DNA from: a virus | Lineage: Duplodnaviria > Heunggongvirae > Uroviricota > Caudoviricetes | IMG/VR virus record: IMGVR_UViG_3300027749_005140 | Coordinates: 1-64,000 of that record | Reading direction: 5' to 3' (one strand) | Length of the DNA stretch: 64,000 nt | Shown here: positions 10,473 to 21,949 of the stretch, piece after piece | Layout of the letters: every line of letters begins with the position of its first letter | Position numbering within the stretch: the first letter of the stretch is position 1 | Position numbers and translations under genes: made by a program | The notes under the pieces: generated by a model | Told to the model about the DNA's origin: nothing | What the model saw: the letters and a program-made list of their open reading frames with translations, nothing else | Database searches by the model: none

Positions 10473-13400
10473 TTAACTATCTTGTGTTTTTCCTATATAA
10501 GATGGTATTACAATTGGTGTTGTAATATCAAATGTATTTATTACATTTTCATCAATAGTATATTTTTGTAAATAATCTTTATTTGTACTACTATAAACAG
10601 TTTCCAAATAATACTTTAAATCCCAAGTTGATGAGAATATAAAAAAGTCATAAATAGAATATCCAAACTCATCTAACATAGGATATATTGACTTTTCGTC
10701 ATTTATGTTACCTAATCTTAATATATTTCCCTTTCTATTGATTTTTCTAATTTTTCTTTCTTTCATTAAACCAAAATCATTTAATATGGTATCAAACTTA
10801 TAATTACCACCAGATGGTATTCCATTAGAATCTCTTTCAAACAATTGAACATCATAAAATACTGGACTATAATAACCACTATATCGGTGTATTTCATGTG
10901 AAATTATATTTTTATTACCATGATAATTCTCAAATACTTTAGGTGGATATTTATTTTCAATAATATTTGCCGCAACTGGAATATTATTATAATAATTTAA
11001 TTGTGTTATATCTATTATTCTACCACCATCCAACTTTTTAATTGGATTTAATGTATTCGGAAGTTCAACTGCTCTTTTAAATAAAGAGTTCACTTTAACA
11101 TCTAATTTATCTGGTTCTTCACACTTTAATAAATATGGTAAATCTTTTATATTACCACCATCTACATCTGAATAACTATATTTTTTAATATTATTATTTT
11201 CATCAATAACAACATATGATACATAATTACTAAACCCATATTTATTAGTAATATCATTGATAGCATTGGTAAAATTCGATGCAGTTAGTTTCTGATTTAC
11301 ATCATTGTATAAAATATCTCTATTTGAATTAGATATATTTGGTGTTGTACCATCACTTATATTTATATTTACTAATATATTTTTCCATTTTTTATTGATA
11401 TAAATAATAATACCATTATTAAGACCTGAAGAAGTGGATTGTCCACCACCAACTAAAATATTATATCTATTATTTAATTTAATTATTGAACTTGTACCAA
11501 CAACTGAATTAAATGACTTATCTTTTCTTTCTATCCAGTAGTTTGATTGTAATGGATTAGTACCCGGTAATACTGAAATACTACTAGTTCCATTCCAATA
11601 TAATTTATAGATACTATTATTATAAACAATATTACCAGAAAATGTTCCATCATAAGTGTATTGTTTAGTTGAATTCCAAGATTCTATTATTTCCCACTTT
11701 GATTGAGTGTACGAAGACATAGTCCAAGTATTCATAGTTGGCTTAAAGTAATTATCACCAATCAATGATGTATAATAATTATTCTTATAGATAACAATTG
11801 ATGCGGTTGTATAACCAGTTGTAATAGATTTTCCTGGGTTCCAAAAATCAATAATATTAGATTCTGATGCACAGTAATAATATTCTCCTGAATTATATAC
11901 AACTGATGGACCAGTAGCACTTATAAATGAGCTATATGCAGTTACTAATGGTGACCAAAAAACACTATTTTTATCATTATAAAATCCCCATTTTTGTGTA
12001 TATGGAGCAGATGGTATTGTAATACCATATGTTGCAAATATTGGATTATTAGTAGTATTTGAAGAATATCTATAATATAGAATATCATCATGTAAAACCT
12101 TTGAAGCATTTGCCCAAGCAGTTCCACCATATACATATTGTTTATCCATCTTCCATTCATCAATAACACTCCAAACAAGATTACTATCTGAACTAGTGAG
12201 TCCAATTATTTTACTTTTATCAATATTATCAAATATTGGAGAAGAGTTATTATCAGATAATAAAATAGAAAATTTATAATCATCAAATGAATTAGATGAT
12301 TTTATATTGATTTTATCAATTTGATTATTTGTATTGATTGTAATACTACTAACATCATAAATATCAAATTTTATACCTCTAAATAAAGTATGATTTGGTA
12401 CAGATTCATCACCAACATTAAAATATGAATACTTATTAGTATTCTTTTTAATTTTACCATTAAATAATTTAGTGGACTTACCAAACAAATATGAAAAATA
12501 GTCATATGGGTATGGTGATGTTGATTGAGTTGATGTAATAGAATATGTAAAGTTTAAATACTTATTTAACTCAAAATTAAACATATTATCTATAGTATTA
12601 TTACTATTTAGATTCTGTATATGTAAACTATGATAAACATATGATGATGATGCGGAGTTTATTGTATAAAAATAATCTAAATTTCTTTCAGATCTTATAG
12701 GATATGGTTCGTAAATATTAACAGTTCTATTAAAATCTTCAAAAATTAAAGAATTATTCAATGAATATGGTAGATCGTTTGCGGAAAGTGATTTGTGAAA
12801 TCCCCATTTACAATAAACCGGATTTTTTCTCCATATTTCAGAAAGATCATTTCCATCTATCTTAAATGTTTCATAATTTGCAGTATATTCAGAAGATGTT
12901 GGTATATTAACTATATTATTTTTATAATTAAAATCATCCAAATTTATAGGATCTGTTAAACCACGTATATCTTCTAAATACATTTTTGTTTCATCAGTGG
13001 AAGTAATATTAGTAGATTCCTCATATTCATATTTAGAATAATCGGTATCAACAATTCTTGTATCAAAATCTTTTATATCACAAAAATTAAGTTTATAAAT
13101 TGAAAACTTTTTAGGTGAATTATTAAAATCAACTACTGTACTAACCTTTGTTGATTCTCCACGAACTTTATATGTAAAGTCATTTTGATTAAAAATAAAA
13201 GAGTAGTCTGTACTAACCATTATGTTACCATCTATCTTAACTAAATTATGGTATATTCCATCTATCTCAATTACCCAAACATCAGCATCATCAAACTCTG
13301 TCATCTGGAAGCTTTTTACACCACTACTATCATTAGTGATAAGTTTATTAGCAATATCTATCTCAGCATAATTTTGATTAAAACTAGATGCCGTTAGTCC

Positions 13401-14651
13401 AGTTAAATTTAAGTCAGTTATTATTTTATATTTTGTGACAATAACATCACCAAAATCCTCTACTGCAGATTTTGTATTTGTTGTAACTGATTTTTTAATA
13501 ATACTGGCATTTTTATTATACTTTGATGAACCAAATCCAAGATCTTTTGACATTCTACTTTCTGTATTATTCAATGGATTAGAAATTTTAACTAATTGAT
13601 TTGTAATAGTTTCAGTAAACTTTTCGACCTTATAATAGTTTCCATTATATTCTACATAGAATGGTCTTTTACTCGACCACTCTTGAAGGAATGGATTCTC
13701 ACTACTTGGTGAGTATAGTATATTTGATACTCCTGTGCCACTATTCTGAGTAATAGTAATATCACTTCTTAAAGGTATCGATAAATATGGTGAAATAGTC
13801 TTAACTAATTCTAAATCATTTAGATAAAATCCATAGTATCTATTTATAGACCATTTTCTTTTAATATCTGGAGTTGATGGAGTATCATCAAATAAAAATG
13901 AGAAATTTATTATATTGGGAAAAACAACTTTATTATTTTTATAAGAATCAAATACAAATTTTTCAAGTTCAAATATCTCTTTTTCCTCATCTAATATATC
14001 ATCAATAAATAAAGACTTATAAGTATAACCACCATTTTGATAATCAATTCCGTTCCATCTACAAAATTCTAAATTTCTAAAATCAATGTCTAATGGAGAA
14101 TCTGGAAAATATTTATTATCTGTAAAGTTTTTTCCTAACCATTCTCCCAATATACTTTTCTTACTTAAATCAAATAATTTAACAGTTTTTAATTTTTTAA
14201 TTATTCCGCTATTAAAACTATTTGCATCGGTTGTACCAATACCAGACCCATCAACTCTAAAAATAATGAAGTTTTTTGGCAATCCATTTTTTGTAATGTA
14301 TAAAGGTGCAAAATACTCATACTCTTCAGTATAGTTTTTATTATCAACTATATTACGTGCACCATAGCTATACAACTCATCATATTGATTTTTAAAATCA
14401 TTTGACATTGTATCAACATCATTTTCATATTTAATTGAGAATGCAGTTTCTGCAGGTAAATTATTATAGAAATATGGAATCAACTCATCATAGTAGTTAT
14501 CTTTAGTAAAAGGAACCTTTTTAAATTTATCAAAAGATAGGTTAGGATCAGATTCAATACTATCTAAACTAAATTTATAGTTAGTATCAATCATAACCTT
14601 AATATTTGTTGTCAATCCAACATTTGTTCTTAATAAACCAAAACTTTTCAA
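10473..14651 (-). CDS. giant tail fibre / baseplate-like structural protein (1392 aa)
   Basis: Very long Asn/Tyr/Ser/Thr-rich ORF typical of phage fibre and baseplate proteins. Confidence 0.4.
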   Translation of the reverse strand: MKSFGLLRTNVGLTTNIKVMIDTNYKFSLDSIESDPNLSFDKFKKVPFTKDNYYDELIPYFYNNLPAETAFSIKYENDVDTMSNDFKNQYDELYSYGARNIVDNKNYTEEYEYFAPLYITKNGLPKNFIIFRVDGSGIGTTDANSFNSGIIKKLKTVKLFDLSKKSILGEWLGKNFTDNKYFPDSPLDIDFRNLEFCRWNGIDYQNGGYTYKSLFIDDILDEEKEIFELEKFVFDSYKNNKVVFPNIINFSFLFDDTPSTPDIKRKWSINRYYGFYLNDLELVKTISPYLSIPLRSDITITQNSGTGVSNILYSPSSENPFLQEWSSKRPFYVEYNGNYYKVEKFTETITNQLVKISNPLNNTESRMSKDLGFGSSKYNKNASIIKKSVTTNTKSAVEDFGDVIVTKYKIITDLNLTGLTASSFNQNYAEIDIANKLITNDSSGVKSFQMTEFDDADVWVIEIDGIYHNLVKIDGNIMVSTDYSFIFNQNDFTYKVRGESTKVSTVVDFNNSPKKFSIYKLNFCDIKDFDTRIVDTDYSKYEYEESTNITSTDETKMYLEDIRGLTDPINLDDFNYKNNIVNIPTSSEYTANYETFKIDGNDLSEIWRKNPVYCKWGFHKSLSANDLPYSLNNSLIFEDFNRTVNIYEPYPIRSERNLDYFYTINSASSSYVYHSLHIQNLNSNNTIDNMFNFELNKYLNFTYSITSTQSTSPYPYDYFSYLFGKSTKLFNGKIKKNTNKYSYFNVGDESVPNHTLFRGIKFDIYDVSSITINTNNQIDKINIKSSNSFDDYKFSILLSDNNSSPIFDNIDKSKIIGLTSSDSNLVWSVIDEWKMDKQYVYGGTAWANASKVLHDDILYYRYSSNTTNNPIFATYGITIPSAPYTQKWGFYNDKNSVFWSPLVTAYSSFISATGPSVVYNSGEYYYCASESNIIDFWNPGKSITTGYTTASIVIYKNNYYTSLIGDNYFKPTMNTWTMSSYTQSKWEIIESWNSTKQYTYDGTFSGNIVYNNSIYKLYWNGTSSISVLPGTNPLQSNYWIERKDKSFNSVVGTSSIIKLNNRYNILVGGGQSTSSGLNNGIIIYINKKWKNILVNINISDGTTPNISNSNRDILYNDVNQKLTASNFTNAINDITNKYGFSNYVSYVVIDENNNIKKYSYSDVDGGNIKDLPYLLKCEEPDKLDVKVNSLFKRAVELPNTLNPIKKLDGGRIIDITQLNYYNNIPVAANIIENKYPPKVFENYHGNKNIISHEIHRYSGYYSPVFYDVQLFERDSNGIPSGGNYKFDTILNDFGLMKERKIRKINRKGNILRLGNINDEKSIYPMLDEFGYSIYDFFIFSSTWDLKYYLETVYSSTNKDYLQKYTIDENVINTFDITTPIVIPSYIGKTQDS

Positions 14652-14660
14652 TTTAAACTA

Positions 14661-17600
14661 TTATTTTTTACTTGATGTTGACCAATCATCTATATATGCT
14701 GGACTACCACCAGTTGAGTTGAATTTTCTTACAATAACTTTATTTCTATTTAAGTTAAATTTAAGTGTAAATATAAATGGTCTATTTTCTGCCTCATTTT
14801 CCAAGAAGAATTTAATTTTCTTAACATGTTTAACAGTTTTTGTTGAATTATTAAGATCAACATACTGATAGTTTACTCCTGATTGACTATTATCTAGTGA
14901 GTTAAGTTTAAAATAAATGTTTAATGGAACTATAATAGAATTCTTATCACCAACATTTAATGTTTTAACCTTATCACTATTATTTTCTTGTATATTTTCT
15001 AAATTTTTAACTACTGGATGAATAGTTGTTAAGAATTTAGTTGTTGATGCAATTGAAACAGTCACATCATTCCATTTTGAAGGATCTAATAACGATTTAT
15101 TATTACCAATAAATTTTAATATACCAGACTCATTATAACCAACATTATAATCACTTGTCGCAAGTACATTTGTTATAGAGTTTGAGTTTACACTAGAATT
15201 ATCAAATCCATTACCTATATTCTCTGATAATTTAGCAACTGTATTTTGTGTAATAGAATCATAGTTCATTTGCCAAACAAATTGATTGTCTAAGTGAGTT
15301 CTTGTTTGACCAGTTTCAATAACATCATTTGTCAATAACTCATCTTGATTATTTACCCAGAAACTTTGAGGTGCCTGTGTATTATAAATTGAACTACTTT
15401 GTAAGTAAGTTCTGTTAGATAACAAACCTAATAAAGACTCTTTAGCATTATTTTTAATTTTCATAACAAAGTCTTTAATAACATAAATATTATTTTCATA
15501 AACTCTACCAGTTGCAGCTCCTTGTCCATTAAATATAGTGCAATAATCTTCACACTCAACATTAAATGTTGTTTCAGAACCATTATTTACTATAAATTCT
15601 TGATTATTTCTAAGAATAATAATTTGAAGTTCACCTTTAGCTCTTGTAATTTTCTCTTCTAGTGATGAAATTCTATCAGATAACTTTTGTATATAAGCAT
15701 ATAAATCTAATGATACACCATTCTCATCTTGAAAACCGGATAAAATCTTTTTAGCTTCGTGATGAAATGTAACATTATTTACAGTTACCGTATCTGCCAA
15801 GTGATTATCTAATCCTTTTGCAGATAATTCAGAATTCATACTTATTTTTAAATCCTCTTTAGTTGCAGTCGCTAATATAAAATCATTCTCATTAGCAATT
15901 GTGTTTAAATCATCTGGGAAATCAATTGTAATAATTTCAGACCAATCAGATTCTACTGCAGATTCTGGCCAACCAACCTCTGATATAGATTTTATTCTAA
16001 TATCAACTCTCTCATTAGATTGAATTGGAATATCTATTTGATTAATATTTGGAGTATCTGCATTAGTAACATCTTCAATTGCCCAAGTGTACTCACCCGT
16101 TGAAGTATTATACTGTCTTTTTCTTGCATCAGTTTTAAATTCTGTCCAGTTAGAGAACGAAGCTTTACTTTGAGAATCTGTAATTGTAAATGTATCTACT
16201 GGTGCTTCTCTACCATCTTTACTAGTATATCTATATTGTATTCTAAATTGTACAATCTCTTGTGGTTTAGTACCCGTAGTAACTACAGAACTTGGAATAG
16301 TCCAAAAGCCTCTTACACTAAATTTAGGAGCAACTTTATTTTTTGGATCTTTAGATAAGTCAATAACTTCTTGAGTAACTGATGCAAGTAATTTACTTTT
16401 ACTATCTTTTTTATTAGTTAATTCTTCAACTTCTAAATCGGCTTGTTTTTTCGCAGAGTCTGATTTAAACTTAGTAAATTTTGATGCCTTATTTCTTGAT
16501 AAAATTGCTTCTTGTAATTGTTGTATCTCTGATTTCAAAGATAACTGATAATTATGTTTTTGTTTAACTAAATTAGAATCAGGTGTATCAGTAAGATGTT
16601 TATTGATTTGAACTACTTTAAAGTTATCTAATGCCAATGTTGGTGAACCTGGTGTACCTGCTAATGAATTTGGAGTTTTCTTTGCAACTAAATCTTGTAA
16701 AACGACACCATAATCATAAACATAGTCAATATAAAACTGTTCCATTGATAATCCATTTGCCGTGGATGCAGAACTAAGTCTCAAGTCATTTGTATAATAT
16801 CCAGTACCCAAACTCCATTTTTTTGCAACTAAATTATTATCAGCATTTACTGGTTTAATAAAAAGAACATTTCGTTCATTATAACCAACACTTACTCTAA
16901 CTTTTTTGGTATATATAAGTGATGAGTAAATCTTTAAAGTACCAATACCAACAGGAATTGGTTCAATCCCCTCAAGTCTTTCTACTCTAATTCTAGGATT
17001 AGACTCTGCAGTCGAAACTTCTAATATTTTATATCTTGTTGATGTCTTGTCAGAATTTATAATAACTTCATCACCGTTAGATAATTTTTTTGTCATATTT
17101 GCATCAACTATCAAATAATCCAGAGTATCCAAAACGTACCAAAGTTTTCTATTTAATCTATCTTCCTGTATTCTTAAAACACTAAACTGACCATCATATA
17201 ATAGGTGGTTAGGCTCTAAGTCAAAAATTTGCTCATCATACTTAGGATTCGTTGGATTTAATAAACCCGTTGTAGTAGTATACCAATTTTCAAATTCTGA
17301 TATAACCACGTTGGCATTTCCTCTAAATAACTGATTATAACTATTAAGTGCCGACTGACCTAATGTAGTAAATGAACCATCTGCATTTTTTGCAAAATCA
17401 ATAATATATCTTCTAATTAAACATTTTCTAACATTATCTTCAATTTTACCAGATAAATCAAGTTCTACAGAAACCATAGGATCCATAAGTGAATCAAAAA
17501 ACCAATTAGGTGATGACTTAAAAGTACTTAAAGTTCCTAAACTTCCAATTGGAGTAGGATCTCTATTCAAATCAACTGTAATAATCTTTTTGTATTTATT

Positions 17601-17867
17601 TTGTGATGTTGTTTGAATTAAAGCACCCGCTGAATCAATACTATAAAGTGAATTAATATTATTATTTAATCTATCAATATCTGCTTTTAAAGATGTAAAA
17701 GAAGGTAATGTAAATTTTCTTAATATACCATTTTCATCATATACTTGAAGAGTAACAGAAGAATCTGTTGTTGTTGTTAAAGAATTGATTTTAGATAAAA
17801 TCTCAACAATATTTTTATTATACGTTATTATTTGATCCGCTACTTTTGGAAATGAACTTTGAACCAT
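14661..17867 (-). CDS. large structural protein (1068 aa) with central coiled-coil
   Basis: Long ORF with coiled-coil segment (QLQEAILSRNKASKF..) and beta-rich Asn/Ser-rich C-terminus. Confidence 0.4.
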   Translation of the reverse strand: MVQSSFPKVADQIITYNKNIVEILSKINSLTTTTDSSVTLQVYDENGILRKFTLPSFTSLKADIDRLNNNINSLYSIDSAGALIQTTSQNKYKKIITVDLNRDPTPIGSLGTLSTFKSSPNWFFDSLMDPMVSVELDLSGKIEDNVRKCLIRRYIIDFAKNADGSFTTLGQSALNSYNQLFRGNANVVISEFENWYTTTTGLLNPTNPKYDEQIFDLEPNHLLYDGQFSVLRIQEDRLNRKLWYVLDTLDYLIVDANMTKKLSNGDEVIINSDKTSTRYKILEVSTAESNPRIRVERLEGIEPIPVGIGTLKIYSSLIYTKKVRVSVGYNERNVLFIKPVNADNNLVAKKWSLGTGYYTNDLRLSSASTANGLSMEQFYIDYVYDYGVVLQDLVAKKTPNSLAGTPGSPTLALDNFKVVQINKHLTDTPDSNLVKQKHNYQLSLKSEIQQLQEAILSRNKASKFTKFKSDSAKKQADLEVEELTNKKDSKSKLLASVTQEVIDLSKDPKNKVAPKFSVRGFWTIPSSVVTTGTKPQEIVQFRIQYRYTSKDGREAPVDTFTITDSQSKASFSNWTEFKTDARKRQYNTSTGEYTWAIEDVTNADTPNINQIDIPIQSNERVDIRIKSISEVGWPESAVESDWSEIITIDFPDDLNTIANENDFILATATKEDLKISMNSELSAKGLDNHLADTVTVNNVTFHHEAKKILSGFQDENGVSLDLYAYIQKLSDRISSLEEKITRAKGELQIIILRNNQEFIVNNGSETTFNVECEDYCTIFNGQGAATGRVYENNIYVIKDFVMKIKNNAKESLLGLLSNRTYLQSSSIYNTQAPQSFWVNNQDELLTNDVIETGQTRTHLDNQFVWQMNYDSITQNTVAKLSENIGNGFDNSSVNSNSITNVLATSDYNVGYNESGILKFIGNNKSLLDPSKWNDVTVSIASTTKFLTTIHPVVKNLENIQENNSDKVKTLNVGDKNSIIVPLNIYFKLNSLDNSQSGVNYQYVDLNNSTKTVKHVKKIKFFLENEAENRPFIFTLKFNLNRNKVIVRKFNSTGGSPAYIDDWSTSSKK

Positions 17868-17947
17868 TTTATGATTTTTGATTTTTTAGTATATATTAAA
17901 TTGTCAGTTTTCTTTAATGGTTTATTTGTTATTTAAAATAAATTTTG

Positions 17948-17955
17948 TATATTTG
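17948..17955 (+). promoter_or_regulatory. Bacteroidetes-type -7 promoter box TAnnTTTG
   Basis: tatatttg 17 nt upstream of the ligase start codon. Confidence 0.45.
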
Positions 17956-17971
17956 TAGAAATAAATTATTT

Positions 17972-19807
17972 ATGATAGATAAAATAGTAGCAAAATTAGA
18001 AGAAGCAAATGAAGCTTACAGAACTGGTAATGCAATCATCTCCGATAAAGATTATGATGAGATGGTCGATTTACTGTTTTCATATGACCCAGAGAATGAA
18101 TTTTTCTCAAAAGTAGGTATTGAAATTCTTGATGAAACAAGAAAGTCAAAATTACCTATTGATATGGCATCTATGAATAAAATTAAAACCATTGAAGACA
18201 TACATACATGGTTAAGATTAAAAGGTATCAATCCGAATACCGAAATTGTATGTACTCCAAAATATGACGGACTTTCTTTATGTCATGACGAAATCAATAC
18301 AAACACCTGGACTAGAGGTGATGGTGAATTCGGCCAGAAATCCGATGAACACTACAAACTAATACAAAATCACTTATCTTTAAAAGGTGATGTATTTACA
18401 TATACTTATGGTGAAGTTATCATGCCTAAACAAGTTTTCTTAGACAAATACTCATTAGAGTTCGCAAATCCAAGAAATTTAGTTGCCGGTTTACTTAACT
18501 CAAAAGAAGTAACAGAACCATTAAAAGACTTACAATTCATTAAATACGGTGCAATACCAAATGAAGGATTTAACTTTAAAAACAAGTCAGACATTTTAGA
18601 TATGTTAAACTCTGGCCAAGAAGTTAAAGTAAATTATCATTTATTTATTGCGAAAGATATTACAGAAGACTTATTAGTAGAGCTATTCAAAAGATGGTCT
18701 ACCGACTATGAAATCGATGGTATTATTCTAGAAGTAAATGATCTTAAACTACAAGCAAGTTTAGGTCGTGAGACTTCATCTAACAATCCTTGTTATGCAA
18801 GAGCATTTAAACACGATAGTTTTGAACAAAAAGCAGAAGCGACAGTATTAGGTATTTCTTGGAATATCTCTAAACACGGTCTCTTAAAACCTGTTTTACA
18901 TATTACTCCAATTAAATTAGATGGAGTTACTGTTTCTAACGTAACTGGTAACAATGCTAAATTCGTAAGAGATATGGGTTTAGGAATTGGTGCGAAAGTT
19001 GTAGTTAAAAGAAGTGGTATGGTTATTCCTCTAATTGTAGAAGTATTACAAACGGTTGACTTTGTTATGCCAGTTGTTGAAGGTACTGAAATTGATTGGA
19101 ATGAGGCAGGTATTGAGCTGATTACTTTAACTGAAACTGACGATCAAAAGATAAGACAAAATATTGCTTTCTTTGAAATCTTAGAAGCAGACAATGTGTC
19201 AGAAGGTATCATCACTCAATTATGGGATGCTGGTTATAAAACTATCGAAGACATTTTAAATGTTACTACTACACAATTAGAGAGTATTGACAGATTTGGT
19301 AAAAGAAAGGCTCAGATTGTTTATAACTCAATTCAAAAATCAGTCACTGATGTTCAGTTATCTAAACTACAACACGCTACAGGTTTGTTCAGAGGATTAG
19401 GTAGTAAGAAGTTAGCTTTATTAGAACACTTTACAACTAAACCTACAATCGATCAAGTTATGGAGATTGAAGGATTTGCTGAGATTTCTGCAAAAGTTTT
19501 TGTGGATAACTACGATAATTTCTTTACCTTTGTAGGAAATCTTCCTATAACGATTGCTAAAAAAATAGAATCAGTTAAAGTTGGTACAGATTTAGATGGT
19601 AAATCATTTGTATTCACTGGAGTTCGTAGAAAAGATTTAGAAGAAGTAATTGAATCACGTGGTGGTAAAGTTGCAGGTTCTGTATCTAAAACTACAACTT
19701 ACTTGGTAATGAAAGCAAAAGGTTCAGGTTCAAGTAAAGAAACAAAAGCGGTTTCACTTGGAGTAGTAATATTGACAGTAGAAGAATTAGAAAACTTATT
19801 ATCATAA
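17972..19807 (+). CDS. ligA: NAD+-dependent DNA ligase
   Basis: N-terminal Ia domain (YRTGNAIISDKDYDEM), adenylation KYDG lysine motif, C-terminal BRCT. Start moved to the Met after the promoter box. Confidence 0.85.
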   Translation: MIDKIVAKLEEANEAYRTGNAIISDKDYDEMVDLLFSYDPENEFFSKVGIEILDETRKSKLPIDMASMNKIKTIEDIHTWLRLKGINPNTEIVCTPKYDGLSLCHDEINTNTWTRGDGEFGQKSDEHYKLIQNHLSLKGDVFTYTYGEVIMPKQVFLDKYSLEFANPRNLVAGLLNSKEVTEPLKDLQFIKYGAIPNEGFNFKNKSDILDMLNSGQEVKVNYHLFIAKDITEDLLVELFKRWSTDYEIDGIILEVNDLKLQASLGRETSSNNPCYARAFKHDSFEQKAEATVLGISWNISKHGLLKPVLHITPIKLDGVTVSNVTGNNAKFVRDMGLGIGAKVVVKRSGMVIPLIVEVLQTVDFVMPVVEGTEIDWNEAGIELITLTETDDQKIRQNIAFFEILEADNVSEGIITQLWDAGYKTIEDILNVTTTQLESIDRFGKRKAQIVYNSIQKSVTDVQLSKLQHATGLFRGLGSKKLALLEHFTTKPTIDQVMEIEGFAEISAKVFVDNYDNFFTFVGNLPITIAKKIESVKVGTDLDGKSFVFTGVRRKDLEEVIESRGGKVAGSVSKTTTYLVMKAKGSGSSKETKAVSLGVVILTVEELENLLS

Positions 19808-20115
19808 TGAAAGGAGATATAACAGAAGCTATCATAGAAAGATTAGAGAAACTCCAAAAAGATGTATTAGATTTACAAGACTTTGTAATTAGAGCCAAGA
19901 ACTTTGGATCTAACATTGAAGCAGCAGCTTTCAAAAATATTGAAGAGGGTATAGTAAAAAATCTTCATAAAGCTAATAAAGAACAATTACATAAAATCTT
20001 AAATGGCTGGAAGTTTAGATACTATACAGAATTTAATAAAGACAAAAGTTTGATTGTTAAAGAATTAAGAGATAATAGATTAAAAGATATATTAAATGGC
20101 GAAGACAAGAAATAA
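19807..20115 (+). CDS. hypothetical protein
   Basis: ORF, ATGA overlap with ligA stop. Confidence 0.3.
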   Translation: MKGDITEAIIERLEKLQKDVLDLQDFVIRAKNFGSNIEAAAFKNIEEGIVKNLHKANKEQLHKILNGWKFRYYTEFNKDKSLIVKELRDNRLKDILNGEDKK

Positions 20116-20689
20116 AATATTTGTATTAGGTGACTCTGTTTATAGATCAGAAGCAACCTTCTTAAAAAATATAAAAAGTATGGTTTCAAGACAAAACTTT
20201 GAAACTAGCTGGGCTGCAAAAATGACTTATCAAATTTTTGAAGTTAGTGAGTCTGGTACACTTGTTGATTATAAAGCAAGAGTAGATCAAACTAAAGTTA
20301 GTAATGAGAGAGATCTCCAATTGAAATCATTATTGGATCAACTAGATCCAATGGATAATGCAGTATTGACAATTATCAATATGTATCCCAATTTAGAGAA
20401 AGATGATAAAAAAAGAGCTAATGTTCTACGTGGACTAAATAATGTAAAGTTTGAGATTGATAATTTCAAAGGTTATATTATTGGTCATAAAGCTTATTTT
20501 TTAAATATATCTACAGATATTGAGTGGATGAAATCAATTTTAACTATTCACAATTTTAGAGATTGTAATTCTCAAAGATACTATGATTACACCCAAAGAA
20601 AGTATGTAACTACACAACCTAGTGAAGAATTACTTGCAACATTTAAACAAGCAAAGTTAGAATTAAGAAAAAAACGTAAAGTAAAATAA
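20096..20689 (+). CDS. hypothetical protein
   Basis: ORF. Confidence 0.3.
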   Translation: MAKTRNKIFVLGDSVYRSEATFLKNIKSMVSRQNFETSWAAKMTYQIFEVSESGTLVDYKARVDQTKVSNERDLQLKSLLDQLDPMDNAVLTIINMYPNLEKDDKKRANVLRGLNNVKFEIDNFKGYIIGHKAYFLNISTDIEWMKSILTIHNFRDCNSQRYYDYTQRKYVTTQPSEELLATFKQAKLELRKKRKVK

Positions 20690-20690
20690 T

Positions 20691-21059
20691 ATGATTTGGT
20701 TAGGTATACTGATAGGACTCATACTAGGTGTGGGTTCTACTTGTCTTTACTTCATAAGTAAAGATAAAAATAAGAAAATACAATTTATTAAAAGAGGCAT
20801 TTGGTCAAACCATTATACATGTGATGGTAAGTCATTCGATGTTCAGTTTGAATTAGGTGAGTTAGAAAAAACTTCGTTAAGATCAAAAGTAAAAGTTATA
20901 ACAATGGTTGCAAATCAATCTAAGTTTAATGATGATGATGTTAGAAAAAAAATTTCTGATATGGTTGATAATACTTGGATGTTATCGAGTAATATTGAAT
21001 GGATTGAAGACGACTTAGCAACTAAAAGAAATGATAAAATTGAACAAATACTTAAATAA
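20691..21059 (+). CDS. hypothetical membrane protein
   Basis: N-terminal hydrophobic helix. Confidence 0.3.
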   Translation: MIWLGILIGLILGVGSTCLYFISKDKNKKIQFIKRGIWSNHYTCDGKSFDVQFELGELEKTSLRSKVKVITMVANQSKFNDDDVRKKISDMVDNTWMLSSNIEWIEDDLATKRNDKIEQILK

Positions 21060-21086
21060 ATATGACATATTTCTTCAAGGAAGTTG

Positions 21087-21122
21087 ACAACTTTTAATAT
21101 ATATATCATATAATAATATTAC
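21087..21122 (+). promoter_or_regulatory. sigma-70-like TTGACA-N17/19-TATAAT consensus promoter
   Basis: ttgaca ... tataat with 17-19 nt spacing upstream of the sigma factor gene. Confidence 0.35.
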
Positions 21123-21203
21123 ATCAATTAGAATAAATAACAAGCCAAAATCACAATTAAAAGCAATTGACTGCAAGTCAAAAAGAAAAATCAAAAGCAA
21201 TCT

Positions 21204-21806
21204 ATGGAATTAAGCAAGACCCCCTTCTCTGAACAAGAGAAAATTTTTAAAGAAAGAACCGGTAAAGACTTCGCAACACTTTATCAAAAGTATTACCCAA
21301 AACTAATCTACTTTACATCAAGAATTTGTAATGATGTACAAAAAGCAGAAGACATTTCGACAGACTCATTTATGATAGCTCTGGAAAAAATAGAAATGTA
21401 TCAAAAAGAAAAATCACAATTCTCAACGTGGTTATTTACAATTGCAAAAAACTTATCTTTACAAGATAAAAAGTTAGAAAACCGAAACATATCACTAGAC
21501 ATTGAGTTTGATGATGAAGGTACTACTTTAAAAGATTTCTTACAAGAAACTGAAAGTAATGAAGCAATCTATGATGTTTTCACACAGAAAGCTGATGTAA
21601 TGAAGAAACATATCGACGAGTTAAAAGAACCGTATAAAACAGTTATTATAATGAGAGAGATAGAAAGAATGCAATACAAAGACATTGCAGATAAATTAAA
21701 TAAAAACTTATCTACAATAAAATCTCAAATCAGAAATGGTCGTCAAATACTTATGGAACAGTCTAAAAAAGAGTTTGAACAAATAGATGAAATGTTTTTG
21801 GATTAA
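21204..21806 (+). CDS. sigma-70 family (ECF-like) RNA polymerase sigma factor
   Basis: Region 2 FSTWLFTIAKN and region 4 HTH YKDIADKLNKNLSTIKSQIRNGRQIL. Confidence 0.6.
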   Translation: MELSKTPFSEQEKIFKERTGKDFATLYQKYYPKLIYFTSRICNDVQKAEDISTDSFMIALEKIEMYQKEKSQFSTWLFTIAKNLSLQDKKLENRNISLDIEFDDEGTTLKDFLQETESNEAIYDVFTQKADVMKKHIDELKEPYKTVIIMREIERMQYKDIADKLNKNLSTIKSQIRNGRQILMEQSKKEFEQIDEMFLD

Positions 21807-21949
21807 ATGAAAGATAAACAAATAAAAACAACAGAAGAATCGGAAGAAGTTAAAGATGAAAATCAGACTTCTTCTGATAATACTGTCAGAAGATCATTAA
21901 ATGATCACATATCAGAAGTTTTAAAATTAAACACTAAAAAAGAAAAGTA

